Part shown: one piece after another, positions 49,501 through 64,000 of the stretch
How positions within the stretch are numbered: position 1 is the stretch's first letter
Layout: each line of letters starts with the position of its first letter
DNA from: Daphnia carinata
Taxonomy: Eukaryota
Length of the DNA: 64,000 bases
Direction: 5' to 3'
NCBI RefSeq assembly: GCF_022539665.2
Contig: NC_081331.1
Coordinates: forward strand, 8,246,001-8,310,000
The notes under the pieces: model-generated
The model's input: only the letters and a program-made list of their open reading frames with translations
Told to the model about the DNA's origin: nothing
Databases searched by the model: none
Program-made: the position numbers and the translations under genes

Positions 49501-52500
49501 CATGCAGCGTTTTTTTTCAACAAAGACATTTGCGATAAGCAATTGATGCTAAATCAAGAATATAACGATTACAATACGATAAAAGGCCAATGGAGCCTCT
49601 TAAAGAGTTCATTGACGGTTTCCTTGTGGTATCGGTGATTGAAGGAAAAAGAATAATATCTTAGGAACCCACTCGAATAGCAGAGATAACATCACGAAAC
49701 AGTTAAACTTGTGTCTAGCACTAATTCGAATTTCTTGCGACTTAAGATAATCCTTTTGGCCACAAAATTTATAAAGCAAACATAAGGATGTCATTCCACT
49801 TTGTATAAAAAATTATGCAAAGAACTAGATTTTTTAAAAAGGATTGATTCAAGCATTAATTTTTCATCCTTGGCTGATGAAGGAAATTCATGTCCAAATA
49901 CACATGGGCATAGGAAGTACTACGGAAGGAACATCCACATTCGTACGGCAAAAAGTGCCCTTAAAAAATGGCTTAAAAGATACCTATTTGCTTCGCAGCA
50001 CGTCTGACACATGATCCACAAGAAGAAAAGTTGCATTGCCCTAACTGCGCATTGGCTCTCCTTAAGTAGGAAATCAGCTTGCTTGGCTGTAAAACGGATT
50101 CGTGGAAAAGCAACTCGGTTTACCTAATTTGTGTGCCAACTAAAACTCACAGGAGAATAAGATAAGCTTAATGCCTGGATTTCGTTTTTTCTTTTTTTTG
50201 CTTTGAGCAAAGAGTATTCAGAAAAAAAAAGGCATTTATCTTTTCGAGGTGTATAAGCTCATGCACGGCACCAGAAAATGGTTCTTCCTTCACAAGAAAG
50301 TAGCTTTTCCGCCTATATACGTAATGGTTGTACATGAAGCATATGATTTATAAAATGAAAAATTTGCTTCTCCAAATTCTTGCAGCCATAATGGTTTTCC
50401 TGTAGGGATTAACAGTAGAACAATTATAAAATGTAATTCTTTTCTTTGGTTACGCTTTTATTGTTGATAAAAGCATAATTATATTCCGCCGTACAATCCA
50501 AAACGTTCGGAAATTCAAAAAAGGAACTGCTTAATGTATTTGTCATTGCAACATTTGAGTGACATTTTTCACTACTTTATTTTTTTCCAATATGTACTAG
50601 GATTAAAAAGGTGATAGAGGCAAAAGAGCTAAAATCAAAGTATAGCATCTTTTAATTAATAGAAAACACTCAGGTTGCAATAAGCAGCTTTTATGTGAAT
50701 TTGTTTGCCCCACCCATCCTGGTTGAGAAAGTGGCCTTGCGATTGTGCTCCATATTTCGGGGCAGGGCAGGAACCTATTGAAAAACGTTATGATAATAAT
50801 CAGAATTTATCGAACTCTGAGATACCATAACTCACAAATGCCCCTAAACAGCAAATTTGCCTCATATACTGCGTATCCATGAAACATGTAAAAAATTCCT
50901 TTTTGCGAGAACTTGGCAAGAGCCGAAGGGATTAGACCGGGTTGGACGGAGTTCCGTCAGAATATCAGTTCGAAAATACAACAACTCAGGCTGCTTGCGC
51001 AATGTAATGGAATATGATCACTTAATTATGTCAAAAACATATTAGTTATAAACCCGGCCGGGAAAGGAAACGACTTTCGTATAAAGAAACAACAGTCGGT
51101 TTACCATCGGAGTATTCAATCTTTCTTCCAGTGAGCTAAAGAGAGTATAAATCGAATAAAGCAAACATATTTTATTTTAAAAAGCAAAATATATAATAAA
51201 AATTAAAGAAAAAACATAATAATAAATTATAATAATAAGAACAAATTAAATAACAAGAAATATCAGTTATTTGCTTCGCATTTTCAAAAAATGACGAATA
51301 ACGAAAATATCGAAAAATATCGAATATAAAAATTGTGGGCTCTGTCGCTATTTGGTAAATGGTCGACAGGTCACCCTGGTTAACCAAAAAAAAAAAAACA
51401 ATCCTACCTGTCCGGCTGAGAAAGCGGTCTACTGGATTGCCTCAACTTGACTATTCAGGCGGCAAGCCGTATGGCAACCGGGATTTAGGAAACCTAGATA
51501 GAGTCATAACAACTTGGTTAAAAAAACAAACCAAAAAAACAATGATTTATTCATTCACGCGAAATTGCAATTGTTATTTTGCTTCCAAAAAAGAGCTTGA
51601 AACAAATACGAATAGCAAATAGAATCAGATTAATTTATAACGGATCAGATATTTAAAAAAGCGGAATTTTTATTCTCATTCAACACTTTGTTCTAAGAAA
51701 ACTTTTATTGAATAGAAGACTGCTTCAGGAACGAGAGCGAAAAATGTTGCGACTCAATGGTAAAGAAGATAAATTAATTACTTTACGCATATGTATCCAG
51801 TAGTCGTATTAATAAGTATGTATGTACAATGCGCTTTTTTAAACGATTGAAGCACTTAGTCAAGTAATGACATCAAATGAATTTGGTAGCGGATGCTGAT
51901 GGAGTGGTAGAAGGGTGACTCTTACAAGCTGTGTGTAAATTGTATTGTTACTATTTGGCGTACCATTGGATGCGTAGAGTGTCTTTTGACGATTGATTCC
52001 GTTTTTTGGCTTGCAGTCCCAATTTAGGATTTAGGCCTATATCAAGGGCATGCTGCCGACTAACTCTATAGATTCCATTGCAGATTCACTTGCCACTCTG
52101 GTAAAAGTTTTTCACCAGGTCATAGCTCGAACTGAGTTCGACGACGGATACAACTTGGCCAAGGCGATGGTACCTATTCGTTAGTTACCCTGGGTTTGAT
52201 AAACTGGGCTTGAAGGGAGTGTATTTTGCTCGAAATCATAAATTTACCAATCCAAGATAAGGTTCATGAACATTTCTTTCTTTTTTTTTTTGGCGTGGGA
52301 AACTATTGCAGTTACAGTATATACACATGAACTACGTCATTTGAAAACTTACCGAATTTGAAATCTTGCAGAGCCCTTAAAAAATACCTTGCCATTTATT
52401 AGGTAGTATCCCTTTTTGTTGGGTGCCTTATGTAATACAACAAGCAACAATGAAAAATAAAGCATGTGGTGTCCTAGCCAATTAAATGCTTGAATGGTTG

Positions 52501-54280
52501 CCGCTTTTTCTGCCACTGGCTGCTCAAACCCCCATATTGTTGTAATTCTTTTTCCTTTTTCGCCCCAATCTTTTAAGTTCTTTTCTTTGTTCAGCAGTTA
52601 AAAACTGTGGAATGTTGATAGTTTGCTAATTGTAACAAATAAAGGCAATAACAAAAAAATAAAAAATAAAAAAAAGAAGCAACAAAAAAATATTTAGTTC
52701 TCCTCGGAAAATTGTGTCAGTATGACAGGAAACAGTATATCGGGTGCACTAAACCACATAAATTTCGGAAGCCCTAAAAATAATGCGTCGCTGCAAATTT
52801 TGTGTTTGAGTCACGTATTAGCTACGCTAAAACGCAAATTCCATTTTCGTTAGTATAGCTTTAACGAAACGATTTCAAAAAAATGGGTGAGCTCCAATAA
52901 CAGGTAACGCAACACGAAATCAGAACGGTATGTGCATTTTCAGAGAGGTCAAAGTATTTATGCGTTCCAGCAGGAGTACAGTCATGTGCCAAGCTTTCCT
53001 GAAATGGGACTGTTGGAATGCCGGACGCTTTTCGCAAGAACAACGTATTAGTCGGTTAGTTCAATCGTCAACGTACATACAGGAGGTTGCAGTGTATGTA
53101 TGGCAATGTATTAGGTATGGCAAACAAAGCATATAGGGAAAACTGCCCCATTTTCCTGCAATATGCTGTACTTTGGCTATGTTGTTTTTCAAATGACGTT
53201 GGTCAACACTCACATGCTGGCAACTCCAAGACGAGGAGTCAAGGATTTTTAAAAAATTTTGGGGAACCATGTCATGCTCTAGAAATTAAAGAATAAGAAT
53301 CATGAACTTCTCTTGAATATTTTTTTTGTGCTAAATTTCAGAGCGATTGGTAATCCTACAATTACCATTTTTATTGGTTAATCAAGTAAATGACAAAATG
53401 GTCCTCTATCCGGGTGCGAATTACAATGTATTGCTCGACTTCATTTCAACCAACAAAATACCACACATTTACTGGGCCTTCCCAGCATTGGTGATGAACG
53501 GTTACCTCACTTTGCGTAACCTGCGTTTCCAAAATTAAGTTACGCGGCCGTAAGCGGCGACTTTTCAGATTGAAAATTAGATATCCGGGGAAACTTTATT
53601 TATGGCTGAGCAAAATGCTGGGCAATCGGGTACTTTCCGTTTAGGTAACCGAAAAGTAATTTAGATTTAAGACCTTTAAAAGGCAAAGCTTTTGAAGTTA
53701 TCTACAAGTCGGAATGATACTGGGTGACTCGGGCTCTTGTACAAATCGCCGAAAGTGACGCGCAAATAACTTGAAGCACGGGAATCCAGAATGTAGAACT
53801 GAACAACTTTTTTTGCAACGTCAACTTGCGACTTGGTTCTCACCACGGCATTTTCATCTTTCTTGACACACAAAGCAAAATCAATTTGTTTACAGGCACT
53901 GTCGTTAGTTATTATATTAAGAAATATGTCTACGGCCTAGACGGGAGGCGGATAATACAAAACGGGAATGGAGAAGCGTTCTGTTCAACAATAGCAGGAC
54001 GTGTGCGACAATGTATGAATGCCTCTAGTGCAAGAGTGACTAGTTAAACATTTTTTTTTTTCGGTGAGGGGGTTACCTACGACATTGTTGACGAAGTTTG
54101 GAATTAAATAAAGCAAAGAGGGAAAAAGTAATGAAATAGATGTGAACTTCTTTCTTGCTTAGATCCATTAAAGCTAGGTGAGTTCTGGCCGACTTAGTTA
54201 TGACGACGAGGGCAGGGCGCACGGTTATGGAAAACGGGAGGAAATTCTTGATTGCCATGGCAAACAGTTACGCTAAAGTT

Positions 54281-57200
54281 CTAAGACGTGGTAGGACTGT
54301 TGGTAACCGACTGAAACTTGACCACGCGAGATCTGACAGTCTCTGCTTTGTCTAAATGAACAAGAGAGGCTTTGGTCGGCAAAGGCGAGGATTTGACAGT
54401 ACAGGTGGGCCCTTTCAGCAACCGGGTTCGAACTTCGGGCACCTTTATTGCAGGTCGGACAGGCAGTGATGACGATAGCGAATGTAACGATTTAGAAAGA
54501 TCCACTGTGCTACTTGGAGGTGAAGTATTAAAACGCTCCAACGCACGAGCGCGGCTGCCCGTGCACACTCTCTCCCAAGGTCGATAATTTGCGGCTTCTT
54601 GATCGTTCGACGCAGCATGATGTTCGCAGTCTTGACTAAATAGATGCCGAGGGAGACCAGCACATGTTCCTGCCGTGGCGGGAAGGAAACGTTCCCACGT
54701 TCGGCGCCATAGACGTTGAGCTGCATGCGAAGTATCGGAATATCGACGTAATGCAGGTTGAGTCCACTCCGATGGTGTGTCGTCCAACGATATGATGCTG
54801 GAACGGTCACTCGAGGAATCAGCCGAAGAGATTTCGCTGACCCCGTCACTGCCGTAACCTAAATCGCTAGTCCGGTCGCACGACGTTTCTCTACGGTTCG
54901 TTGGCGCCCGCAAACGGAATGGTAAGGAATTCCCTCGTCGACTAATGGGGTAACTAGTGAAACACGAGTCCTCGGACACTGCGCAAAGTTGCGGCTTATT
55001 TATATCAGTACGTGTGGGAAAAGCGACTAGCTGTGTGGAGGCCGTAGCCAAAGGCACTGCATTAGCGGGAGAACCAACTCCGGCTAGGGGATCCGATTGG
55101 CCATCCACAACCGTTTCGTCTAATGTGTCTTGGAACACGCTACCCGCATCCGTTTGATCGTCTCCGAGATCCTCGTCATCAGGAACGATGGTGCTGTTAC
55201 AAGATAGTGTAGATGAATCTTCGCAAAACTGGAGAAACGACGGGATTTTATCGATGGAAGAGCCGACGCGTAACCAAGGATGATCAAGGCATCTTTGGGC
55301 GGTCAGCCGGATACTATAGGAAATAAAAATAAATTAGGATCACATGAGAACAATTCGTTAAACTGAATAAATGATAAGCATTTCGCCAATGATACAAGTT
55401 AGATTCCAACTGGATTTGCTCGGAAAAAAAAAATTACAATTGCAAAACTGCTGTACGTGCGACGTAAAAACTTGTAATAAGTCTTAAAAGGACAAAAGTT
55501 AAGGTAAAACGCCACATTATTTCACGACATTTTGCCTATTTTCAAGGTTTTCCTTTTGTGTTATCTGGGTGTGCATGACTAAAGCCAGTTGGAAAAACTT
55601 GAAAATACGGGAAAAGGTAGGAACACTTGAAGCATCCGTGCATTGGTTCTGTACTTGTTTGAAATGTCTGGACGGGTTTCTAGATTTGTAAATGTTGCCT
55701 TGATTCAGGAGGAAGAGCAATTTCGGATATTTACCTGGGATCCTGGGTGAGAAGACTGGAAATGAAATCAATGGCCGTTGCAGAAACATCATCGAAAAGA
55801 TCACTTGGAAAATCCAGTTGGCATCGCGTGATATTACAGAAGGTTTCCTGCTTGGTTTCGCCGCCAAATGGCGTGCAACCGGTGAGCAATACATATGCCA
55901 AAACACCAACTGACCTGTTCATATGGAAATGACGAATTATTTCCGGTTAGCCTTCGCAAGTACGTAGTTCAACGTCTGTTTCACGTCCTTTAGCGGAGAC
56001 GTCGACTAACATAAATGTGTATACCATACAAAAACTGCTTTTCCAGTCGAAACTTCAAGCTTTGAAATTCCCGCTTAATATCAACAGATTTTGATTTTGA
56101 TTCCGTTCGTGTGATCGTATTTGACTTACCACATATCTGTTGCCAAGCTGATAGGTTCATAGTTCAATATTTCCGGAGCTGTGGAAGAGCAAAACGATTC
56201 AGCATGACTGATGTAAATAATATAATAAGGGGTAAGATGACAAACCACACGACTTACCAACATAGTCAGGAGTTCCTAGAATTTCGCGAACATCCGCTCC
56301 ACGGGCGATATGCCTCGCGATGCCGAAGTCACACAGTTTTATATCACAATCAGGGAATGGTCCGGTTAATAGTAAATTTTGCGGCTATATCAAAACATTG
56401 TTGTTGAGTGTGCATAGTGGATACCTATCCTCATCGACGGATTAAACATCATACCTTCAAATCCAAATGCGCTATATCGTATTGATGAAGAAATAACAAT
56501 CCACTCAAAACTTGACGAAGGAATCGGATAACATCTTTTTCTTCCGGTATTTCGTCGCGATCTAGCACACTTTGCAGTTCTCCTCCCGTAGCTCTAATAG
56601 GGAGAACAATAAACATTAGTTGGTGTACGTAATTGTTTCCCTCCGCTGTTCGTTCATTTCATTTTGATGCGCCATTAGGACGAACATAAAAAAGAACAAT
56701 AACGAATTTCACTTGCAATTGTAAAATGAGGACAGTCTCTCCGGGTGTGTCGTACACTTGTTCTAGCCGAACAATGTGTGGACACGAGCGGCACAAGTCC
56801 AAGGTTGCTGCTTCATGCAAGGACTCAGGTGTCAATCCGCCACCTCGACGTCTTTTTCGTATGACCTTGGCAGCAAATTGTTCTCCCGTTAAGATATTCC
56901 GGCATCGCTTCACAGCAGCAAATTTCCCCCTAATAGGATGTGATTGAAAAGCAAATATTAGTAATCTTCAGGGAATGATACTATTCGATTACGTAATATC
57001 AATAGCTATTTTCTTCATTAGAGAAAATACTGGTCACATCCAGAGACTATTTTAACATTTGTGGGCTAATGATATACCCGAAATTACAAAGTTACAAAAA
57101 CAACAGAGCTTTGATGATTAATGTAATAAGTATTTTTCTGTTCCAAAAGTGATCGAATATCTTGTATAGGGAACCACCGGACGCGAGCACTAACAGCTAG

Positions 57201-60200
57201 TGTAATTTTCATGCGACAACTTTTCTCAATTTCTTGACGTTCAAGTTTGTTGTTCAAGTAACAAACAATACACATATCAGCGATTATGAAAGATCAATGA
57301 GAAGGAAGCACTTGCAAAACGCTCAAGGGTGAACTAGTATCACTTTTTAAAGTTTATCTTTCGAATTGCCAAAAAAAATATAGAAACTTAAAGTGAAACT
57401 GACAGTGGAAATGATTATTCCCCAACAGCAGTGAGTGTCTCACACAATTTACAGCCCTCATGGTTAATTTCGAGTTGCCAATTTCAACTACCTAAGTTTA
57501 TTAAACTATTATTATTTTTAATCAACGTCGTATTCCTAATCTTTGAAAGCCGAAATAGCTCTTAGCCAGACTGAAAACACCACGAACTACCAAATGTGGA
57601 CACTTTGGCAATGAAGGTGTATCTGTAATTTGGCTATGCTTGCCCAATATTGTTCGCCAACTTTATTTACTATGCTTACTGACAAAGCGAACAAGATGTT
57701 ACGAAAACTCCCAGGCGAGACAGGATGCCTAAAAGGTATTGTGGTATGTCGTGAAAATCTCACGACGCCATTTCAATTGGCTGGATGATACAGCACGAAT
57801 TGAACCAAGCTGAGATAATGCTTATGTTATCCATTTCCTGTCGGAAAACTGATGGGGGATACTGTTGCCGAGATAGGCAGAATGCTAACCCCTAAGCAGT
57901 CAACGCTCTGGCGCCATATACTTTTAATCACCGACTAGTTATAGCACTATTTCTCTCATCTGCGTCCAGAGACGTCATTGTCCAATGAAATTAAATTGAT
58001 AAGAACTGACCTTCGTCAGGCCATCAGTGGTGGATAAATGAAAACATAGGAACATGATGCAGACAAGCTTAAAAAGCTTTCAAAAGTTCCCGTGCGAAAA
58101 GTAACCACATAACCAGGTCTACAAAAGGGCGTCCTAAACTTGTCAAAACTAGACCTTCACATGACTCACATTTTGATGACTCGTGTGGATTATGTTGCAA
58201 AGAATATTTGTGTTTTGTACCTCGCGAGAATTCTTAGCCCAAATGCTATTCTCAATCGTTTTTACCTTGCGTTAAATTGCTTACTTTTTTTTCTCGTTAA
58301 TCAAACTGGATTCACGTGATGTGTAAAATCCGATTTTTCTGGCTAAACCCCAAAAAATTTAGAAGTTCATTGTTTGTTTTTTTTCTTTCTTTCTTTCCAT
58401 GTTTTTTAAATGTTGACTTATTCCTTTTTCTCTTTTTCTCTTAAGGAACAGAGAAAGGTAAAGACTTAGTAAGGGCAAACGGGAGGCCTTCCCATAAACT
58501 ATGCGAAACGCAAAAAGCAAAAACATATTCAACTCTTTGGCGCCCATTTTCCAAAGGCGGATGACGACTCCATGGAGTCTCCGCCAATGTTAATGAGATA
58601 AAGTCAGGGCTGATGCTGCCACGTTTGGTAGTTCACCATTTAAGGACAAGCAAGGTCGACTGCTGTGAATCCAGCGCCAGTGACCGTAAAAGGAGAACAA
58701 CCATGAATCGAGAAATGAAAGGAACGGGAGGGGGAATGGACTGAAAAGACGAAAGAAAAAGAAAGAAAAAAAAATGAAAAGAACAAAATTACAATAACTA
58801 ACGTTTCTGCGACTGGTGGTCCAAGTTGCCCAGTAAAGTGAATTCTGCTGCAACTTTTAATTGCGAGCAAATGTCTTAGGTTTCTATGATGGAATTGATT
58901 TTTGGGCTCATCGATAAAAACAAAAGCAAGAACTACTTGTCCACATTATTTCCCTTTGCGGGATGACTGCTTGCTAGGCAGGCAGAGCGTACGCTCATTC
59001 TTTTTTCTGTCAGCTAATTCCGAGAATTGAAGTCGAAAGTGCGGTTGTCAAACTTCCACCGGATTTGTAATAACGGGTAAAACCAGGATCTGCCAAAACT
59101 ATATTTGATGACGCTGGTTGAAACGAGGACATTCGAACGACACGTAACTAACCATAATAAAACGGCAGGCACGCGTCTAGACATATTTGTTTCGTCATTT
59201 CTAAACCATTTTCCATTCGAACCAATGCATGAGGTATCGTGAAAATTCTCTCGTTTCGCGACCAAGGTTTCTAATAAACATGCTAGCAAAAGATATCGTT
59301 AACAGATAAGCAACGAGGAAATTGTTTACGGGCCTTCCGCGCAATATAAGGGAAGTGTAAATTGCATCAACTACAAAGCCAGCCGTCCATAATTGAAAAC
59401 AGCACATTGCAGCCATGCGTTTGACTTTAGGTAATGTTGCTGGTAAACTTTACGCGGTATAGAATAGGTTTGTTAATTATGCTACACCATGCCTTTTACG
59501 TTCGGAAACGAATTTCGTTTTTTGTTCGTTATCATACATTGCACCTCGTTATTCTTTCATCCAAGATCGAATAAACTCGAATGCATGCTATAAGATCAGA
59601 AGGTATCGTTGCAACTGACTATCCTATAGCTTTTGCCCAATTCACTGCCAAGCCCAGTTAATCCTTGTCAATATACCAATCACCGGTTGAAATTTTGGCA
59701 ATGAGACACTTATCATCACGACTTCTCTTTCATCTTGAAAGATCTTGGTTTCCTCTTCGCAAAAAATACCTAGAAGAAAAACCAAGTTAGACGTTTGATG
59801 TGCAGAAGTCTTTCATGAATGTGATCATTTTGAGAATGTCAGAATACTCGTGCTGCCACAGGCAGCCAATACTGCGACTCTAGCACATATACAACTAAGG
59901 ACATTGTAGCTTGCCCCTTTGTTGACGACTACAAGTGAAAACTGGCTGGCTGTCCACATATTTTTACGAATGACAAGCTGTACCGGTTGTTACTGGTTTT
60001 CATTTTATCTCTCAAGTTCACGAAGACAAAACCAGTATCAAAAAAGGAAAAAATGCCCCGCTAAAGTTTGCATTGGGTAATTCAAGCGTTGATACTGCAT
60101 ACTTGTTTCAATTACCCGAAAGTACGGAAGAAACACACACGATCCAGTTCCAGCTTCAAAATGGAATGTTTTACATGCAAGGAACACTGCAAAAGCTAAT

Positions 60201-62647
60201 ACCTAGTTCTTCTAACTCATTTCAAATTAATCGCTTTGAAAATAAAATATCATACTAAAGAATAAAATGGCCAACGCTCGAATACGACGCTAATATAACA
60301 ACACTCTGAGTTTTTCGCTGTCTGATAACATGCAGTAAAGCGTCAGACAGAAGCATAGTAATGACGGACAAGTTGCAAATCAAAGTGGACTGAGGGCAGG
60401 AATCGATCATTTAAGTTAAGCTATACGAGGAAACGACACTAGTTACTCGAGGATCTCAAGTACGGACTTTGTGCTGCTCTTCATTCGAATCTCGGACGAT
60501 TATATCCTACTAAAGAAATTACTGCGACATGACTTCGCGGCTGGGTGCTCAATTCACTATTATTTCTTTACGAGCTGATAACATCAACTCTTTGCCCGTG
60601 TAAAAAAAAATTTATTCTTAGTTCTAAAACGGACAGCAAGCCTTAGTTGCGGAACAGTTTTTTCCTACCTTATCTATATCACACCATTTACCAACAGTGG
60701 AAGACAAGCGTTTTAATTCTGGCAATACACAATTTAACTAGACACACTTACTGATGGAAAATATAGAATAATTACTTTTTCGCATAAATGCATATTAAAA
60801 ATGTCGCATTCAAAAGGATACCAAAATTCGAAGCGCATAGAAATCTGAACTAGATGATTTTTTTCTCTCTTGTGTTTCGTGTTCTTGCTAAGCAACTGGC
60901 AAATCGATCAAGATTCTTTCGTCTTAGAATGTAAATGAACCAGCCACGGAGAGGTAGGAACGGCAGAGAACAAGGAATGCCACTTGGTCAGCATTCTGCT
61001 AGACGACCGTTTGAGCGAAGGCGGCGCACCCTCTGCCCTCAAGGGATGAGAAATTTGAAAAAGACGAAAAAAGATTCGAAAAAGAGCTTGCGTGGCATCG
61101 ATGTTGGATCAAGCAAAACCCAGTTCTAGTTTATGGAACGCAGACCGAACCAAGTACTATCTATAAAAGGGAATATCAAAACGATGCGATGAAAGAGCAA
61201 ATTGCCAACTTGAATTGCTCAAAGGAACATAGTGTCAGAGATAGCTATTTTGATTTGACATCAACAGAAATGGCCTTCGCCGTTGTCAAACTTCCTCATC
61301 TCGTAACCAGATACAAGATCCTACACTTGTTTCCATTTCGAAACAATTTATAGAAATCACGAAATTTGTAGCTCATACTTTGACCATGACCCTCTTAACG
61401 CAATGACATATGGTGGTCGTTTTCTCTTTCCTTAAAATATTACGTCAAATCGTCATAGGAGAACAGCTCAACAACAGAAACGGAACGGAGGGCAGATATC
61501 GCTTTAAAGTGCAATGCGTCTTAGCAAAGCTTCCAATAAGCTGTGGGGCAACAGTTTAGTTTTCCAAGAATCAATCCATTTTACTGCACAATGCCCCGTC
61601 AGTAAATCCAAGATAAGTGAAGGAATACACCAATATTATATGTTATTGAATGCCAAGAAACATCACCTGGCGATCTATGACTGGCCAAAGTAGCGGAAGT
61701 TGAAAGGGTAAGTAGATTAATCGAGGGGAGGGAGGGGAGATCCAACAAGGAACTTCTTATCGGTTGAAATCAAAACACATACTCTGATTATGAAGGCTAT
61801 TTCACAATCACGATACGAGTGGCGAAGCAGACATGCAACTACAGAGCTTTAATCAAAATAGAATTTAGACAAATTTGGTTCGCGCTCATTTGGTAGCGAC
61901 TATCCGCATCATCCAAACTATGAAAGAATTAGGAAAAAGTCAAGCAAAATACATTAAATACAAAAGGTAGTAAGATAGAGAGATACACAAAGAGGCCCCC
62001 AGACAACCGCTCAAGACTACAAGAGCCAAATTTGGCTGGACAAGGTGAAAGTCGCTGTAACCAACACTGCTGAACAACTTCGCAAAAAAAAAAAACTTCC
62101 TACAGAGAAGATCGAACATTGCCTTTTACGCAACGCAGTATTCGAGTCCTTATATGTTTGTAAATCCCTCATTCTTTCGCGAAATAAAACAAGGATCTCA
62201 AATTAATAACATCCGGTTTATGTTTTTTGGATGATAAAGACCACGTCTGCCAATTACTTATAACCTATGTGACTATACAATACACTCTTTACCGGAATTC
62301 TCCTTCTCGATGGAACTTCATTAATTATATCAGCAACATTTAAAAACATGTGTTAATTATGCCAAGCTAAAATACTACAGCTAAATTTTAAGGACAAATT
62401 CCACTAAGTTCCAGTTTCCACTAAGATAAAAATATTGTCCTGAGGAATGAAAACTGGTATACCTTGCAAATGGCTGGTTCTCCACTGTGTACAATTGATG
62501 GAGTGGTTCTCGAGCTACCAACACTTCTGCCCTAGATGGGCATAATGTCAACAATCCAGGTATAGAGCTAACCGTTAAAGATGCCACAGACTCTTCCAGT
62601 CTCATTCCTGCAACGGATTCACCATCAATTCCACTACCACCAACCAT
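54281..62647 (-). CDS. Drak: DAPK-related apoptosis-inducing Ser/Thr kinase (DRAK/STK17-like), multi-exon
   Basis: Exon 1 (62647-62463) ends ...YTVENQPFAR; exon 2 from 56929 GKFAAVKRC...FAAKVIRKRRRG; GGELQ; AHLDLK, DIKLCDFGISR, LGTPDY, APEILNYEPISLATDMW, GVLAYVLLTGCTPFGGETKQETFCNI; Ser-rich tail with SDLGYGSDGVSEISSADSSSDRSSIIS. Confidence 0.92.
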
Positions 62648-64000
62648 TTTATGTACTTTATTTATTTATTTATTATTGTCTATACAACTTGCTAGCGATA
62701 TTGTTCCAATGCAAAGTGGAAACTGATGGAAACTGATTCGACAATTTCAGCACTGATAACTCGTTCAAATGCTCGGATTCGGTTATGTTTTGCTTAACAG
62801 TCTCACTCTTTGCTGTGGCTGTAGAAAACAAAGTATGTTTGAGCACCAAATGTCAGCGATCGAAGGTTGCGTTCGGGATCAAGTGGCCATGCTACACCAA
62901 CCGTCGACACACACTGAAAACAACATGGAGTTGTCAATTGCACACTTCTTGGAATCGACTAATGCCTGTATGATAGGGGAAGGAACGAAAGGCACAAACT
63001 ATTTCAGAAAACTGACAAATTTCACAAAATTCCGTCCAGACTGCAACTCGAGAGTGGTCTGCTGGTGCGCGTCGTCATTTAGTTAGCCCTGCCCAAGGAA
63101 AGCTTGTCCCCTGCGGCAAGCCGAAAAGAGGGCTGTATCGATATAAGTATCGACACAGATCGACTAAAATCGATTTAAGTTAACAAATCAGTTTTGAAGA
63201 CGGACAACCTATTTCCTTTACGAGCGTTTCAGCACAGGCAAGAAACTTTCCAAAAATCATAACCCAAAACCGAAATTTCCGAAGAAGTTTTATTAACATA
63301 GGTGCGCATAGACATAGGTGTTGACAACTTAGTTATTTGTACTTTCCTGTCTAGCTTGCTAAACTTGTAGACCTGAGAATCCTTGAGAGAACTGTGTTAC
63401 GTATGTATACTCGTACTTAAAGGGCACAAACGGCATCACCACACCGTTGTTCAGTTATTTACAACGCACATTAAAGGATATACGTCCACAATTTCATCCA
63501 CAATTTAAGACACTGTTTAATTAATTATATAACGAAATCGGAAGTTTCATGAACAAGATGATTATTGGTGGATGAGCTTGTTTTTTGTTAACTTCTGAGA
63601 ACGTAGCAAGTTGCCTTCGCATGGCCGCAGGTCTGTGATTTTACATATGGTCCTCGCGGTTCTCTTTGCCTTAAAAGGAACTCGAGTTATTCGTTGCTGA
63701 CGCACTCCAAAGTCGAACTGCAAGGGGACAAGCTACTCTTGAGATAACAGCCAATCTCCGGCCTTGAAGAATCACAAAAAGTGTAACTTTCAGGTTGCAG
63801 CGTTCGGGATCTGCCGGGATCAGTGTATGACACGCATAGGCATCGTCGTAAAAGCCTAGATGCTCCATAGAAATGCCATAGCTGTTTCAGACGAATTAAC
63901 GTTAGAAACGGAAAAAATACACGACTGACACGACAAACTGGACAAGTATCTGTCTGTATAGTTTCTAGCGTCATTCACGTGTCATAGTAGGCTGTGGACT

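Noticed and set aside
53499..53651. CGGTTACCT/AGGTAACCG inverted pair as a MITE
   Set aside because: Only a 9-bp match and no convincing TSD.
54281..55138. 285-aa ORF as a separate gene
   Set aside because: It is the in-frame last exon (Ser-rich tail) of the DRAK-like kinase.
56931..62462. Short ORFs in this interval as nested genes
   Set aside because: No recognisable motifs or exon chains; consistent with the long first intron of the kinase gene.

Overview
Eukaryotic, intron-rich, AT-rich genomic DNA from an invertebrate. The short (~60-75 nt) introns and gene set suggest an arthropod, plausibly a Daphnia-like crustacean (inference). Three intact-looking host genes are present: an SLC18B1-like MFS transporter (+, 28303-31703), eIF2A (-, 32939-35692) and a DRAK/STK17-like kinase (-, 54281-62647). 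The rest is a dense, partly nested transposon landscape: two Mutator-like long-TIR elements, CMC/EnSpm-like elements, a THAP/P-element transposase relic, hAT and Tc1/mariner-type MITEs, a decayed BEL/Pao retrotransposon, Gypsy relics and a complete miniature LTR element. The best observation is a 3.07-kb non-autonomous CACTA/EnSpm-type element (9880-12948; 13-bp TIRs; AG target duplication; inserted in a Gypsy RT frame). It carries intron-containing host gene pieces: most of a Megatrachea/pickel-type claudin and a probable PfkB/pseudouridine-kinase exon, making it a Pack-CACTA-like gene-capturing element in an animal. Also notable are a ~1.5-kb duplication of the transporter's 5' end bracketing the BEL element and an 11-nt microexon. 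No CRISPR, rRNA or prokaryotic system is supported. All family assignments come from motif recognition by eye, not database searches.
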